Of a stretch of DNA of 64,000 nt, positions 1-7,588 are shown piece by piece. The position numbers and the translations under genes were made by a program. This DNA comes from Vulcanimicrobiota bacterium (GTDB lineage: Bacteria; Vulcanimicrobiota; Xenobia; Xenobiales; JADMJV01), in the NCBI GenBank assembly GCA_050250895.1, contig JBFWNU010000004.1, positions 430,934 to 494,933 of the forward strand, given 5' to 3'. Under the pieces are notes generated by a model. It was not told the origin of the DNA. It was given only the letters and a program-made list of their open reading frames with translations, and did not search any database. Numbering within the stretch: position 1 is the stretch's first letter; each line of letters begins with the position of its first letter.

Positions 1-843
1 CGGAGCCATCCAGGGATACCAACCCAGAAGGTTCCAGGCCGAAGCGTCGAGGACTGCCAACCCCCCTTTTACTTCCACTATCTGAGTCACCAAAAAGCCC
101 GCCGTAGCCACGATGGCCATCCCCGGCTCGACCACCAGTCGAACCCTTCTTCGTCGGGCCAGGCCTTTTCCCAACAGGGCCCAGATACGGGCGGCCGGAC
201 GTTCTCCGCGATACATCTCGGTCAAACCGCCGCCCAAATTGACCAGCTCGGTGGCCGGGAATCGGTCCAGGGCGTGCTCCAACATCTCGAGCAAGCGGCC
301 CGCCCGCTCCACGGTGGCGATCTCACCGGCGTGAACGTGCAACTGGCGCACTTCGAGTTGCCATTGCCTCAGTAGCTCGGCCAGGCGGGGACAGTCGGGG
401 TCAAAACCAAAGCGGCTGGGCTGTTGGTCCCAGCCCGGAAACGATAGCCGCAGGCCTGCCGGGCCGGGTCCGGTTAGGCGGGCCCACTGCTCTAGCTGCG
501 AATAGCCATCGAGATCGGGCAGACACCCCGCTTGCCTCAGTCGGTCCAGTTCCGCGAGCGACCAGTGGGGAGCGGTGGCGTAGAGCGGACGCAAGCCCGC
601 TTCGAGGGCGCGGGTCAGCTCTAACGAGCTGGCCACGTCAGCTCCCAGGCCCAGGTTCGCCAAGCAGCACAGCACCGCCGGACAGCGGTTGGCTTTGACC
701 GAGAAGCAAAGCCTCACTTCACCCAGTGCTTCCAGGTCGCTTCGCAGACTCGAGACCACTTCGGCCAGGCGCTCAGGGTCATAGACCACCAGCGGCGTCG
801 GCAGCTGGCTGGCGGCGCTCAGAATCTGCTCGGCTCGCGTCAC
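1..843 (-). CDS. Fold-type III PLP-dependent enzyme (DAP/Orn/Arg decarboxylase-like), paralog 2; 3' end runs off the window
   Basis: Not in the ORF track; translated by hand. GTG at 843 overlaps the upstream TGA (GTGA). Protein: MTRAEQILSAASQLPTPLVVYD...CFSVKANRCP...GADVASSLEL...SRFG...LHVHAG...VNLGGG...VEPGM...LDASAWNL. Frame is open to position 1. Confidence 0.88.
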   Translation of the reverse strand, partial: MTRAEQILSAASQLPTPLVVYDPERLAEVVSSLRSDLEALGEVRLCFSVKANRCPAVLCCLANLGLGADVASSLELTRALEAGLRPLYATAPHWSLAELDRLRQAGCLPDLDGYSQLEQWARLTGPGPAGLRLSFPGWDQQPSRFGFDPDCPRLAELLRQWQLEVRQLHVHAGEIATVERAGRLLEMLEHALDRFPATELVNLGGGLTEMYRGERPAARIWALLGKGLARRRRVRLVVEPGMAIVATAGFLVTQIVEVKGGLAVLDASAWNLLGWYPWMAP

Positions 844-1976
844 GAATCGAGGGCCCGCAGCATGACTTCGCAGGCGATCAGGGCGTCGACCTCGCGGTCT
901 GGGAGTAGCTCCACCAGGTCGATGACAGCCGGGCATGAAGATCGCACCAATTGCTCGACCAGGCGAACCAGTTCGCGGGGGGTGAACCCGCCGGGCACCG
1001 GGGTGCCAGTAGAGGGAAAGAGGCTGGGCTCAAGGCAGTCGACATCGATGGTGAGGTAAATCGGGCTCGAACTCAGACAGCTCAACCAGTCGCTATCCAG
1101 AGCGCTCAGCCCGGCAAAACGCACGATCCGAGGGTGCTGTTCGTCGTCGCTCACCAGTTGACGCACGCCAACCTGGACCACCCGCTCCAGCCGCTCGTGC
1201 TCCAGGGCCCAGGAAACGAAGTTGCCGTGATGGAGTCGATCACGCCAATCTCCCTCGACGGGTCCGGCATAATCCGAGTGGGCATCGAACTGGACCAACT
1301 GCACGGGGCCTCGGGCCATCATGCCTTGCAGGCCGGCGTAAGTGATGGAATGGTCGCCACCCAACAGCACGGGTCGCCGGCCTTGAGCGAGCAGCAGTTC
1401 GACCACCCGGGCCAGGCGCTCGAAGCACTCACCATTGCTCTGAAAGACGGCCCCGGCCAGATTGCCCAGGTCGGCCAGCCGGCGTCCGGCCAGGACTCTG
1501 CCCCCCTTCACCGGATCAAAGTCAGACCCGGCCCGGCCAAAGAGCTGAGGACTGGCCAGGCGAAGAAAGTCAGGGGCGAGCCTGGACCCGGACCGGTTCG
1601 AGCAGCCCAGGTCGTAGGCTAGACCCAGCACTACGTCGGTAATGGAAGGATCGGCCAGAACCTGTTCCAGGGCAAGCAAAGGACTGGCGAAGAGCCCCCG
1701 CCTTCCGGGCTCGAACCCCGCTCCGGGATGCTCGACTTCGAGCCACCCCTGCTCGACCAGAATGTCCACGGCCCGCTGCATCTGCTCAAAACCGAAGTCG
1801 GCTTCACCCAGAGCCTGATAAGCGGTTTGGCAGCTGCTGGCGATGCGAAAGGCGGAGAGAATCTGGTAGAAACGCTCGTCCAGGGTCTGCTGCTGACCCG
1901 TGCCCGCGTGCAGCATGTGATGGCGCCCGTCCTGATAGTGGCTGCGGACGACTTTAGTGGGGATGCGGAAGCGCAA
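840..1976 (-). CDS. Arginase/agmatinase-family ureohydrolase with ~90-aa N-terminal RRE/wHTH-like extension (putative peptide arginase)
   Basis: Mn-binding motifs GGDHS, FDAHSD, TIDVDCLEP..PSTGTPVPGG. N-terminus looks like beta strands followed by helices, ending in AVDILVEQGWLE. Confidence 0.85.
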   Translation of the reverse strand: MRFRIPTKVVRSHYQDGRHHMLHAGTGQQQTLDERFYQILSAFRIASSCQTAYQALGEADFGFEQMQRAVDILVEQGWLEVEHPGAGFEPGRRGLFASPLLALEQVLADPSITDVVLGLAYDLGCSNRSGSRLAPDFLRLASPQLFGRAGSDFDPVKGGRVLAGRRLADLGNLAGAVFQSNGECFERLARVVELLLAQGRRPVLLGGDHSITYAGLQGMMARGPVQLVQFDAHSDYAGPVEGDWRDRLHHGNFVSWALEHERLERVVQVGVRQLVSDDEQHPRIVRFAGLSALDSDWLSCLSSSPIYLTIDVDCLEPSLFPSTGTPVPGGFTPRELVRLVEQLVRSSCPAVIDLVELLPDREVDALIACEVMLRALDS

Positions 1977-3186
1977 GCTCCTGGTGCTGCTTTCCGTTCT
2001 TCGAGGGTAGCCGGCCGTGGGTCGGTTCCAGCACCTGCAGGCGACCGTCGAGGAAGACGTACTCTCGAGGCAAGGGGATACGATTGAAAAGCCTCGAGTT
2101 GGTCAGGGTGTAGGCCCCCGCCGAGGTGATCAACAGCCGATCTCCGACTTGACAGGGCCCAAGCATGAAGCGACTCTGTCGGCCACTGACATCGCGGCCA
2201 AAAAAATCACCCTCGTAGAGCGTATTGCCGGCCAGCAGCACTTCGGAGTCGGGTCCCGTTCGTGGCGCCACCGCGGCGACTTTGGGCTTGTGCCAGGGAG
2301 CTAGATTCCAGGCCGAAGCGTCGAGGGTCAACAGGCGAACATCCCAATGCCGGTGGAATTCGACCGCGCGAATTTCGCTGACCAGATAGCCGATGGCGGT
2401 CAGGATCCCGCCTCCTGGCTCGAAACGAAAGTAAACCGGCCGCCCCCTACGCCGCGCAAACCGTTCGGCCATGCGAGCGATGGTGGCGAAGGCCTGGCGG
2501 GCGGCCCGCCGCTGGGGGTAGAGATGGAAGAAGCCACCGCCGACGTCGAGCCACTGCGCGTGTTCGTGACGCAAAGCTTGGCTCAACAAAAAGCGGGCTT
2601 TGAAGACCAGAGCCTCGGGAGTGGTCTGGCCCGTATGCAAATGAAATCTCGTCACCTTCAGCCCGTATTGCTCGAGCAAGCTGCCCAGGCGCGGATGATC
2701 GGGCTCGATGCCGAAGCGACTATCGCGGGTGAAGGTGCTATGCCCCTCGAGGGCCGAGGGAAATTCCATCCGAAGTCGCAAGCCCACTTCGCCTCCTGGA
2801 AAGGCCTTCCCGTAGGTCTCGAGTTGAGAGAGCGAGTCTACATCAGGAATGATACCGGCGGCCCGGAAGCACTCGAAATCGGCCACCGAAAAGGCCGGCC
2901 CGGTACAGGAAATCTCGTCGAAACCGGCCGCCTGGGCAAGCTCGAGTTCACCGAGGCTGGCCACGTCACAGCCCAGACCGTGGCTCTGAACCCGCTGCAA
3001 AACCGGCAGGGTATGACAAGCCTTGACGGCCAGGTTGAGCCTGGCATCAGGAATGAGGGCTACGTCCTCGAGCATGCGCTCGAGCAGAAGGTCGAGAGCG
3101 CCAAAGTCGTAGATGATAGCCGGAGTGGGAAGCTCTTGGGCTGCCTCGAGAAGCCGTAAATCGGTCGGCGGATAAAGTTCGGACAA
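1954..3186 (-). CDS. Fold-type III PLP-dependent enzyme (DAP/Orn/Arg decarboxylase-like), paralog 1
   Basis: LPTPAIIYD, AVKAC (PLP Lys), DVASLGEL, SRFG, HLHTG, LDVGGGF, EPGG, SAGAY. The usual GPxCxxxD motif reads GNTLYEGD. Confidence 0.88.
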   Translation of the reverse strand: MSELYPPTDLRLLEAAQELPTPAIIYDFGALDLLLERMLEDVALIPDARLNLAVKACHTLPVLQRVQSHGLGCDVASLGELELAQAAGFDEISCTGPAFSVADFECFRAAGIIPDVDSLSQLETYGKAFPGGEVGLRLRMEFPSALEGHSTFTRDSRFGIEPDHPRLGSLLEQYGLKVTRFHLHTGQTTPEALVFKARFLLSQALRHEHAQWLDVGGGFFHLYPQRRAARQAFATIARMAERFARRRGRPVYFRFEPGGGILTAIGYLVSEIRAVEFHRHWDVRLLTLDASAWNLAPWHKPKVAAVAPRTGPDSEVLLAGNTLYEGDFFGRDVSGRQSRFMLGPCQVGDRLLITSAGAYTLTNSRLFNRIPLPREYVFLDGRLQVLEPTHGRLPSKNGKQHQELALPHPH

Positions 3187-3191
3187 AGCCC

Positions 3192-3752
3192 TCAGGCTAA
3201 TTCCGTCGTTCCGCGAGGGCGACTACCGCCCGCCACCTGGGTGTCGAAGTCGAGCTCGGGGCCCCGGGGACGGCTGCCCCCGGCCACCTGGGTATCGAAA
3301 TCGAGTTCGGGACCGCGCGGACGGCTGCCGCCAGCGACCTGGGTGTCAAAATCGAGTTCGGGCCCTCGCGGACGGCTGCCGCCGGCCACCTGGGTGTCAA
3401 AATTGAGTTCGGGCCCCCGGGGACGGCTGCCGCCGGCCACCTGGGTGTCAAAATTGAGTTCGGGCCCCCGGGGACGGCTGCCGCCGGCCACCTGGGTGTC
3501 AAAATTGAGTTCGGGCCCCCGGGGACGGCTGCCGCCGGCCACCTGGGTGTCGAAATTGAGGTCGGCGCCCAATCCTTCGCGAACCTTGCCGGTGTCAGCC
3601 GAGGCTGAACGGGCAAACGAGGCGGCCTGGCTAGAGGGCGCTTTGACTGGCGCGTTGGCTTGACCACCTTTGGATTTGGAAGCCTCAGGGGGCTTGGTGG
3701 TGCGCTTGGGTCCTTGAGGCGGAGTCCCGCCCGAGCCGATTTTCTTAGCCAT
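3192..3752 (-). CDS. Putative multi-core RiPP precursor peptide (186 aa; ~64-aa leader + 7 cores)
   Basis: Strong RBS (GAAGGAGG) before ATG at 3752 (MAKKIGSGG...). Cores are 4x LNFDTQVAGGSRPRGPE and 3x LDF-type, the last ending RGTTELA. First gene of the operon. Confidence 0.8.
   Translation of the reverse strand: MAKKIGSGGTPPQGPKRTTKPPEASKSKGGQANAPVKAPSSQAASFARSASADTGKVREGLGADLNFDTQVAGGSRPRGPELNFDTQVAGGSRPRGPELNFDTQVAGGSRPRGPELNFDTQVAGGSRPRGPELDFDTQVAGGSRPRGPELDFDTQVAGGSRPRGPELDFDTQVAGGSRPRGTTELA
3210..3560 (-). repeat. In-frame 51-nt tandem repeat x7 encoding the precursor cores
   Basis: Period is 51 nt. Copies differ mainly at synonymous third positions, plus one N>D change. Confidence 0.95.
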
Positions 3753-3834
3753 AGTCAACCTCCTTCGAAAAGGTTCGGGTCGGGCCAAATTTCTCCTTTG
3801 AAGGTAGAGAACCCGCAGAGCCGAAGCCAGACTC

Positions 3835-4200
3835 GTGAAAAATCGCGTCAACAGTTACGTCGAGCAGATCATCAACGCCATGGAGGCCGAGCAGCCCTTC
3901 GATGCAGCTCGGGTCCTGGCTACGCTACGAGACCTGCGAGAGCGACTCGAGGTGGTCTATAAAAAATACGAGGGCTCTATCCCCGATGGAACCGAAGAAA
4001 TCCAACAAACCATGCTGGATGGTCTGCAACTGCTGTATCGGGGCCTCGAAGACCTGGAGATGCTGGTATTGGGTGAACCCAGCGAAGAGGATCTCGTCGT
4101 TTCGGCTCTTTCGAACTGCCAGGAAGCAGAGGACTGCTTCAAAGTCGTCGACGACCTGGCCGAGCAGGTGACGGCGACTCAGCCAGGCTTCATGGGCTAA
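3835..4200 (+). CDS. Hypothetical all-helical protein
   Basis: 121-aa ORF divergent from the precursor, 2 nt upstream of the GNAT gene. Confidence 0.7.
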   Translation: MKNRVNSYVEQIINAMEAEQPFDAARVLATLRDLRERLEVVYKKYEGSIPDGTEEIQQTMLDGLQLLYRGLEDLEMLVLGEPSEEDLVVSALSNCQEAEDCFKVVDDLAEQVTATQPGFMG

Positions 4201-4202
4201 AC

Positions 4203-5102
4203 GTGACGCTAGCCGTACGTCCGGGACGGACCGATGACCTTCCCTTCCTCGATCGTCTTTTCCAGGAGTTCTTAGGCGACCCTGAGCGAACCATCTACTA
4301 TCCTCGCTTCGAGCAAAGCAACGAGCTGCTGGCTGAACTCAAAATGTGGGGCGCCGAACTGGCCGATGTCGCCAGAGTGGTCACTCTTGACGCACAAGCG
4401 GTTGGCTTTAGCGGCTATCTGGCCAGTCCCGGCGACGACGATGCCTACCTGATCGGCCCCCTGCTCCGCCAACCCCACCATCAAGAGAAGACCCTGCTGG
4501 CCGTTCTATCGCTGTTAGAACTCGAGGGACAGGTGTTTCAAGCTGTAACCAGTTGCCTGTGCGAGACCAATCTCGAACTATTGGCGGCCTATCGCGCCCT
4601 GGGTTGGAACGAGAAGGCCGGTCAACTCGAGATGGAGTGGAAACGCTCGCGCAACGAGCCCCGGCCTCAGGCCCCGGTGAACCTGCTGGAGCCGGGCCAT
4701 GTCAGGCTTGAAGAAGTTGCCGATGTGCTCGGAGCCGGCCTGGGCTGGCAAGCATCCCCCATCAAGCGAGTGAGGACATTGCTGGAGGAAGGCTATCGGG
4801 TTGGTTATCTGCTCGACCAGGACCAGGTGTCGGCGGCGGCAGTCTGGGTCTACCTGGACGCTACCGATTTTGGGCGGATTGAATATCTGGCTACCAGCCC
4901 GAGTTGTCGCCGCCGGGGATTGGCCGGCCAACTGCTAGACCACATCCTCTGGCACGATTTGCCAGCAGTGGCCGAATCCGCCTTCGTCAGCGTCGAGAGG
5001 GACAATCAGGCAGCCCAAGGCCTCTATCTCGCTCACGGATTCGAGCTCACGCACAAGGCGGTCATGGTGACCCGCCCGAAGACCTCGGGCGGGGCAACCT
5101 GA
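4203..5102 (+). CDS. Tandem GNAT N-acyltransferase
   Basis: C-terminal GNAT motif A (IEYLATSPSCRRRGLAGQLL) and motif B (VERDNQAAQGLYLAHGF). Degenerate N-terminal GNAT (NLELLAAYRALGW). Confidence 0.8.
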   Translation: MTLAVRPGRTDDLPFLDRLFQEFLGDPERTIYYPRFEQSNELLAELKMWGAELADVARVVTLDAQAVGFSGYLASPGDDDAYLIGPLLRQPHHQEKTLLAVLSLLELEGQVFQAVTSCLCETNLELLAAYRALGWNEKAGQLEMEWKRSRNEPRPQAPVNLLEPGHVRLEEVADVLGAGLGWQASPIKRVRTLLEEGYRVGYLLDQDQVSAAAVWVYLDATDFGRIEYLATSPSCRRRGLAGQLLDHILWHDLPAVAESAFVSVERDNQAAQGLYLAHGFELTHKAVMVTRPKTSGGAT

Positions 5103-5123
5103 GTCCGTTCTTGTTCGAGGGGC

Positions 5124-6194
5124 TCAGTCGGCGGAACTGAGATTACGACGGAATCGGCTCTCGAGCCAGCCGGCCTGCTGGGCCGGCAAGGAGCGTCCAT
5201 AGAGCCAGCTGTTGACCGCCTCGTGGAATTTGTCCAACCCGTCAAAGGGGGTGGCCCCGCCCGCCACTTCGCCACGGATGGCCAGCAGCCGAGCACTGGG
5301 CGGCGGCACCGGCTGGCGATAGGCATGCTCGCGAATCCAGGCCAGCTTTCCACCAAGCCTGCCGCGGGCATGCACCATCAGGTCAGGGTCGGCCTCGATA
5401 GCCTTCCAGTCAAGAATCAGCTGGGCGTGGCAATCCGCGAAGTCTTCGGCCGCATTGCCCACCACTTCGGGCGAAGGATAGTCGGCCGGCGAGCTGGTCT
5501 TGCCAAAGGGCGTGTCGGGCTGCTCCGAGCGAAAGCCCGCCGGACTCAGAGCCGCGTCCACCAGATGGCCCACCTCGTGAAAGAGAACGCCCCGAGTCGA
5601 GTCCAGGTCAAAGCAGAGCGAGGCCAACAGCGACACCGCAGTGCCGCCCCCGGCCAGGCCTAAAACGGCAGAACCGTCAGGCAGCGTGCCCAGCGAGGTT
5701 CTCAGGTTCACCGATCGCAGCACGGTCATGGCCCGGGTGCCGGTCTTCTCGGAAAGTTCTTTGACGGCCGCCCGCACCTGCTCGAGTTGGCGCGGGTGGC
5801 GCACCCCAGTGATGGCCACCTGGCAGTCACCCTGGTGGGTCGGCCCGAGGGCCTGGTTGACCCGCCGATGCTCGGCGCAAGTCCCCAGCATGACGAAGCC
5901 TTTAGCCCCACTGATACTGTCCCAGGCAAGCCCGGTCAATCCCGCCACCAGGCCCGGATGCCAAGTTCCGCCGAGGCCGGCCACCAGCGTGAGGGAAGAA
6001 CTCAAATCGCGAAGGTAACCGGCCAGCCTGGGGTCGGCGCAGGATTTGACCGGCCCAGGCACCAGAGCGGCGGCCGGGTCAGGCCACAGGCTAGCCTCGA
6101 ACGTGTCGAGGCAGACCAGCTGCTGCTCGCTGATTGAAGGTGGGCGCGCGTGAGGCCAGTTGCTGGGGCTGACGAGGCTAAGCGGATTCACCAT
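5124..6194 (-). CDS. Putative zinc metallopeptidase (HExxH)
   Basis: VLFHEVGHLVD followed by NAAEDFAD (candidate third ligand). Confidence 0.6.
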   Translation of the reverse strand: MVNPLSLVSPSNWPHARPPSISEQQLVCLDTFEASLWPDPAAALVPGPVKSCADPRLAGYLRDLSSSLTLVAGLGGTWHPGLVAGLTGLAWDSISGAKGFVMLGTCAEHRRVNQALGPTHQGDCQVAITGVRHPRQLEQVRAAVKELSEKTGTRAMTVLRSVNLRTSLGTLPDGSAVLGLAGGGTAVSLLASLCFDLDSTRGVLFHEVGHLVDAALSPAGFRSEQPDTPFGKTSSPADYPSPEVVGNAAEDFADCHAQLILDWKAIEADPDLMVHARGRLGGKLAWIREHAYRQPVPPPSARLLAIRGEVAGGATPFDGLDKFHEAVNSWLYGRSLPAQQAGWLESRFRRNLSSAD

Positions 6195-6289
6195 CTCTAA
6201 CCTAGCCAGCGAGCGTCAAGTGAACGTCATTGCGATTTAACGAACTGTTCGGAAGAAGTTTCGATTCTCGATGTAGAAGAAATTTCAAT

Positions 6290-7588
6290 ATGACGTTGCA
6301 ACTCCAGATCCAACCGCGCACCGCCGAGACCATCATCGCCGCCCTGCGGGCCGGCACCGTCCCCCAAGAGGGCCTGGCTCACTATGCCGTCGGCCTTGAC
6401 CCCCAGCTAGCCGCCCTGCAAGAGCAGATGCGCTTCGTGGCCTCGGGCCGCAGCGCCTATAAATTCATCCGCGGCAGCTACGGCTCGGGCAAGACCTTTC
6501 TCACCAGCCTGGCCGCCAGTCTGGCTCCCGAGCACGGCTTTCTCTTCTCGAAGGTGGTCATCTCCTCCACCGACACGCCTCTGTTCAAGCTGGTCGAAGT
6601 CTATCGGCGAGCCTGCCAGGGTCTGTCGCTGTCGCCTGACCGGGTAGGCGGCGGCCTGCGCAGCCTGCTCGACCGCTGGCTCTACAATCTTGAAGAAAAG
6701 GTGGTCAACCTGCAGGGCCTCGACGAAGACAGCCCCGAGTTCGCCGAAGCCGTCAAGGCCCAGGTGCAACAGCAGTTGACCGTGGTGGGCGACTCGGCCG
6801 GCCGGCTGGCTGCCTGTCTGGCCGCCTATCATCAGGCCCAGCTCGAGCAAGACTTCGAGCAATCGCGGGCCCTGCTCGACTGGATGGCCGGCGAGCCCAA
6901 GGTGGCGGCCCACCTCAAGCGCGTGGCCGGTGTCACCGGCCAACTCGAAAACAGCGACGCGCTGGCCTTTTTGCGCGGCCTGCTCGAGGTCATGCGGGCC
7001 TCGGGTTACAACGGCCTGGTGCTGGTGCTCGACGAGGTCGAGACGGTGTTGCGCCTGCGCCGGCCCGAACGGCACAAAAGCCTCGAGGTGCTGCGCCAAC
7101 TGATCGACGCCTGCGACCGCCACGAGTTTCCCGGGTTGCAACTGCTGGTCACCGGCACTCCCGATTTCTTCGAGAGTTCGCAGGGCGTGCCGGCCCTGGC
7201 GCCCCTTAACGACCGCATCAAGGTGCTGTTTGAAGAGGGTCAGCCCGACAATCTGCGCCAACCCCAGATCCGCCTGGCCGCCTTCGGAGCCGAACGCCTG
7301 TCCGAAGTGGCCCGCAAAGTGCGCGATCTGTATCCTGGCGAAGGGCGCCACCGCTTTAGCGAGGCTGTCATCGGGCAGATGGTCGATCGCTTCACGGCTG
7401 GCTTCGGCGGTCGGGTCGATGTGGTGCCGCGCCTGTTCTTGCGCGAGCTGGTGCACCAGTTGGACCTGGCCGATCAATATCCCGACTATGACCCGCTGGG
7501 CGGCCTGCGCACCCAGGTCGACGACTCGGCTCTCACTCCCGAAGAAAAAAGCCTGCTCGAGCCGGCCGGCAAAGAGATCGAGCTGTGA
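6290..7588 (+). CDS. brxD: BREX system ATP-binding protein BrxD (DUF2791-like)
   Basis: IIAALRAGTVP..GL..YAVGLD, Walker A IRGSYGSGKT, ISSTDTPL, Walker B LVLDEVET, DNLRQPQIRL. ATG at 6290 preferred over 6230. Confidence 0.85.
   Translation: MTLQLQIQPRTAETIIAALRAGTVPQEGLAHYAVGLDPQLAALQEQMRFVASGRSAYKFIRGSYGSGKTFLTSLAASLAPEHGFLFSKVVISSTDTPLFKLVEVYRRACQGLSLSPDRVGGGLRSLLDRWLYNLEEKVVNLQGLDEDSPEFAEAVKAQVQQQLTVVGDSAGRLAACLAAYHQAQLEQDFEQSRALLDWMAGEPKVAAHLKRVAGVTGQLENSDALAFLRGLLEVMRASGYNGLVLVLDEVETVLRLRRPERHKSLEVLRQLIDACDRHEFPGLQLLVTGTPDFFESSQGVPALAPLNDRIKVLFEEGQPDNLRQPQIRLAAFGAERLSEVARKVRDLYPGEGRHRFSEAVIGQMVDRFTAGFGGRVDVVPRLFLRELVHQLDLADQYPDYDPLGGLRTQVDDSALTPEEKSLLEPAGKEIEL

Noticed and set aside
1-3186. 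Plain polyamine pathway (Arg decarboxylase + agmatinase)
   Set aside because: Disfavoured but not excluded, given the RRE-like extension, the loss of the catalytic Cys and EPGR Arg, and coupling to an Arg-containing repeat peptide.
3210-3560. 51-nt repeats as a CRISPR array or non-coding VNTR
   Set aside because: There are no unique spacers and no cas genes. The period is a multiple of 3 with synonymous variation in one frame, which has an RBS.
3197-3667. Alternative-frame repeat ORFs (3197-3667 minus, 3241-3663 plus)
   Set aside because: These are shadows of the repeat. The variation is non-synonymous in those frames and they have no RBS.
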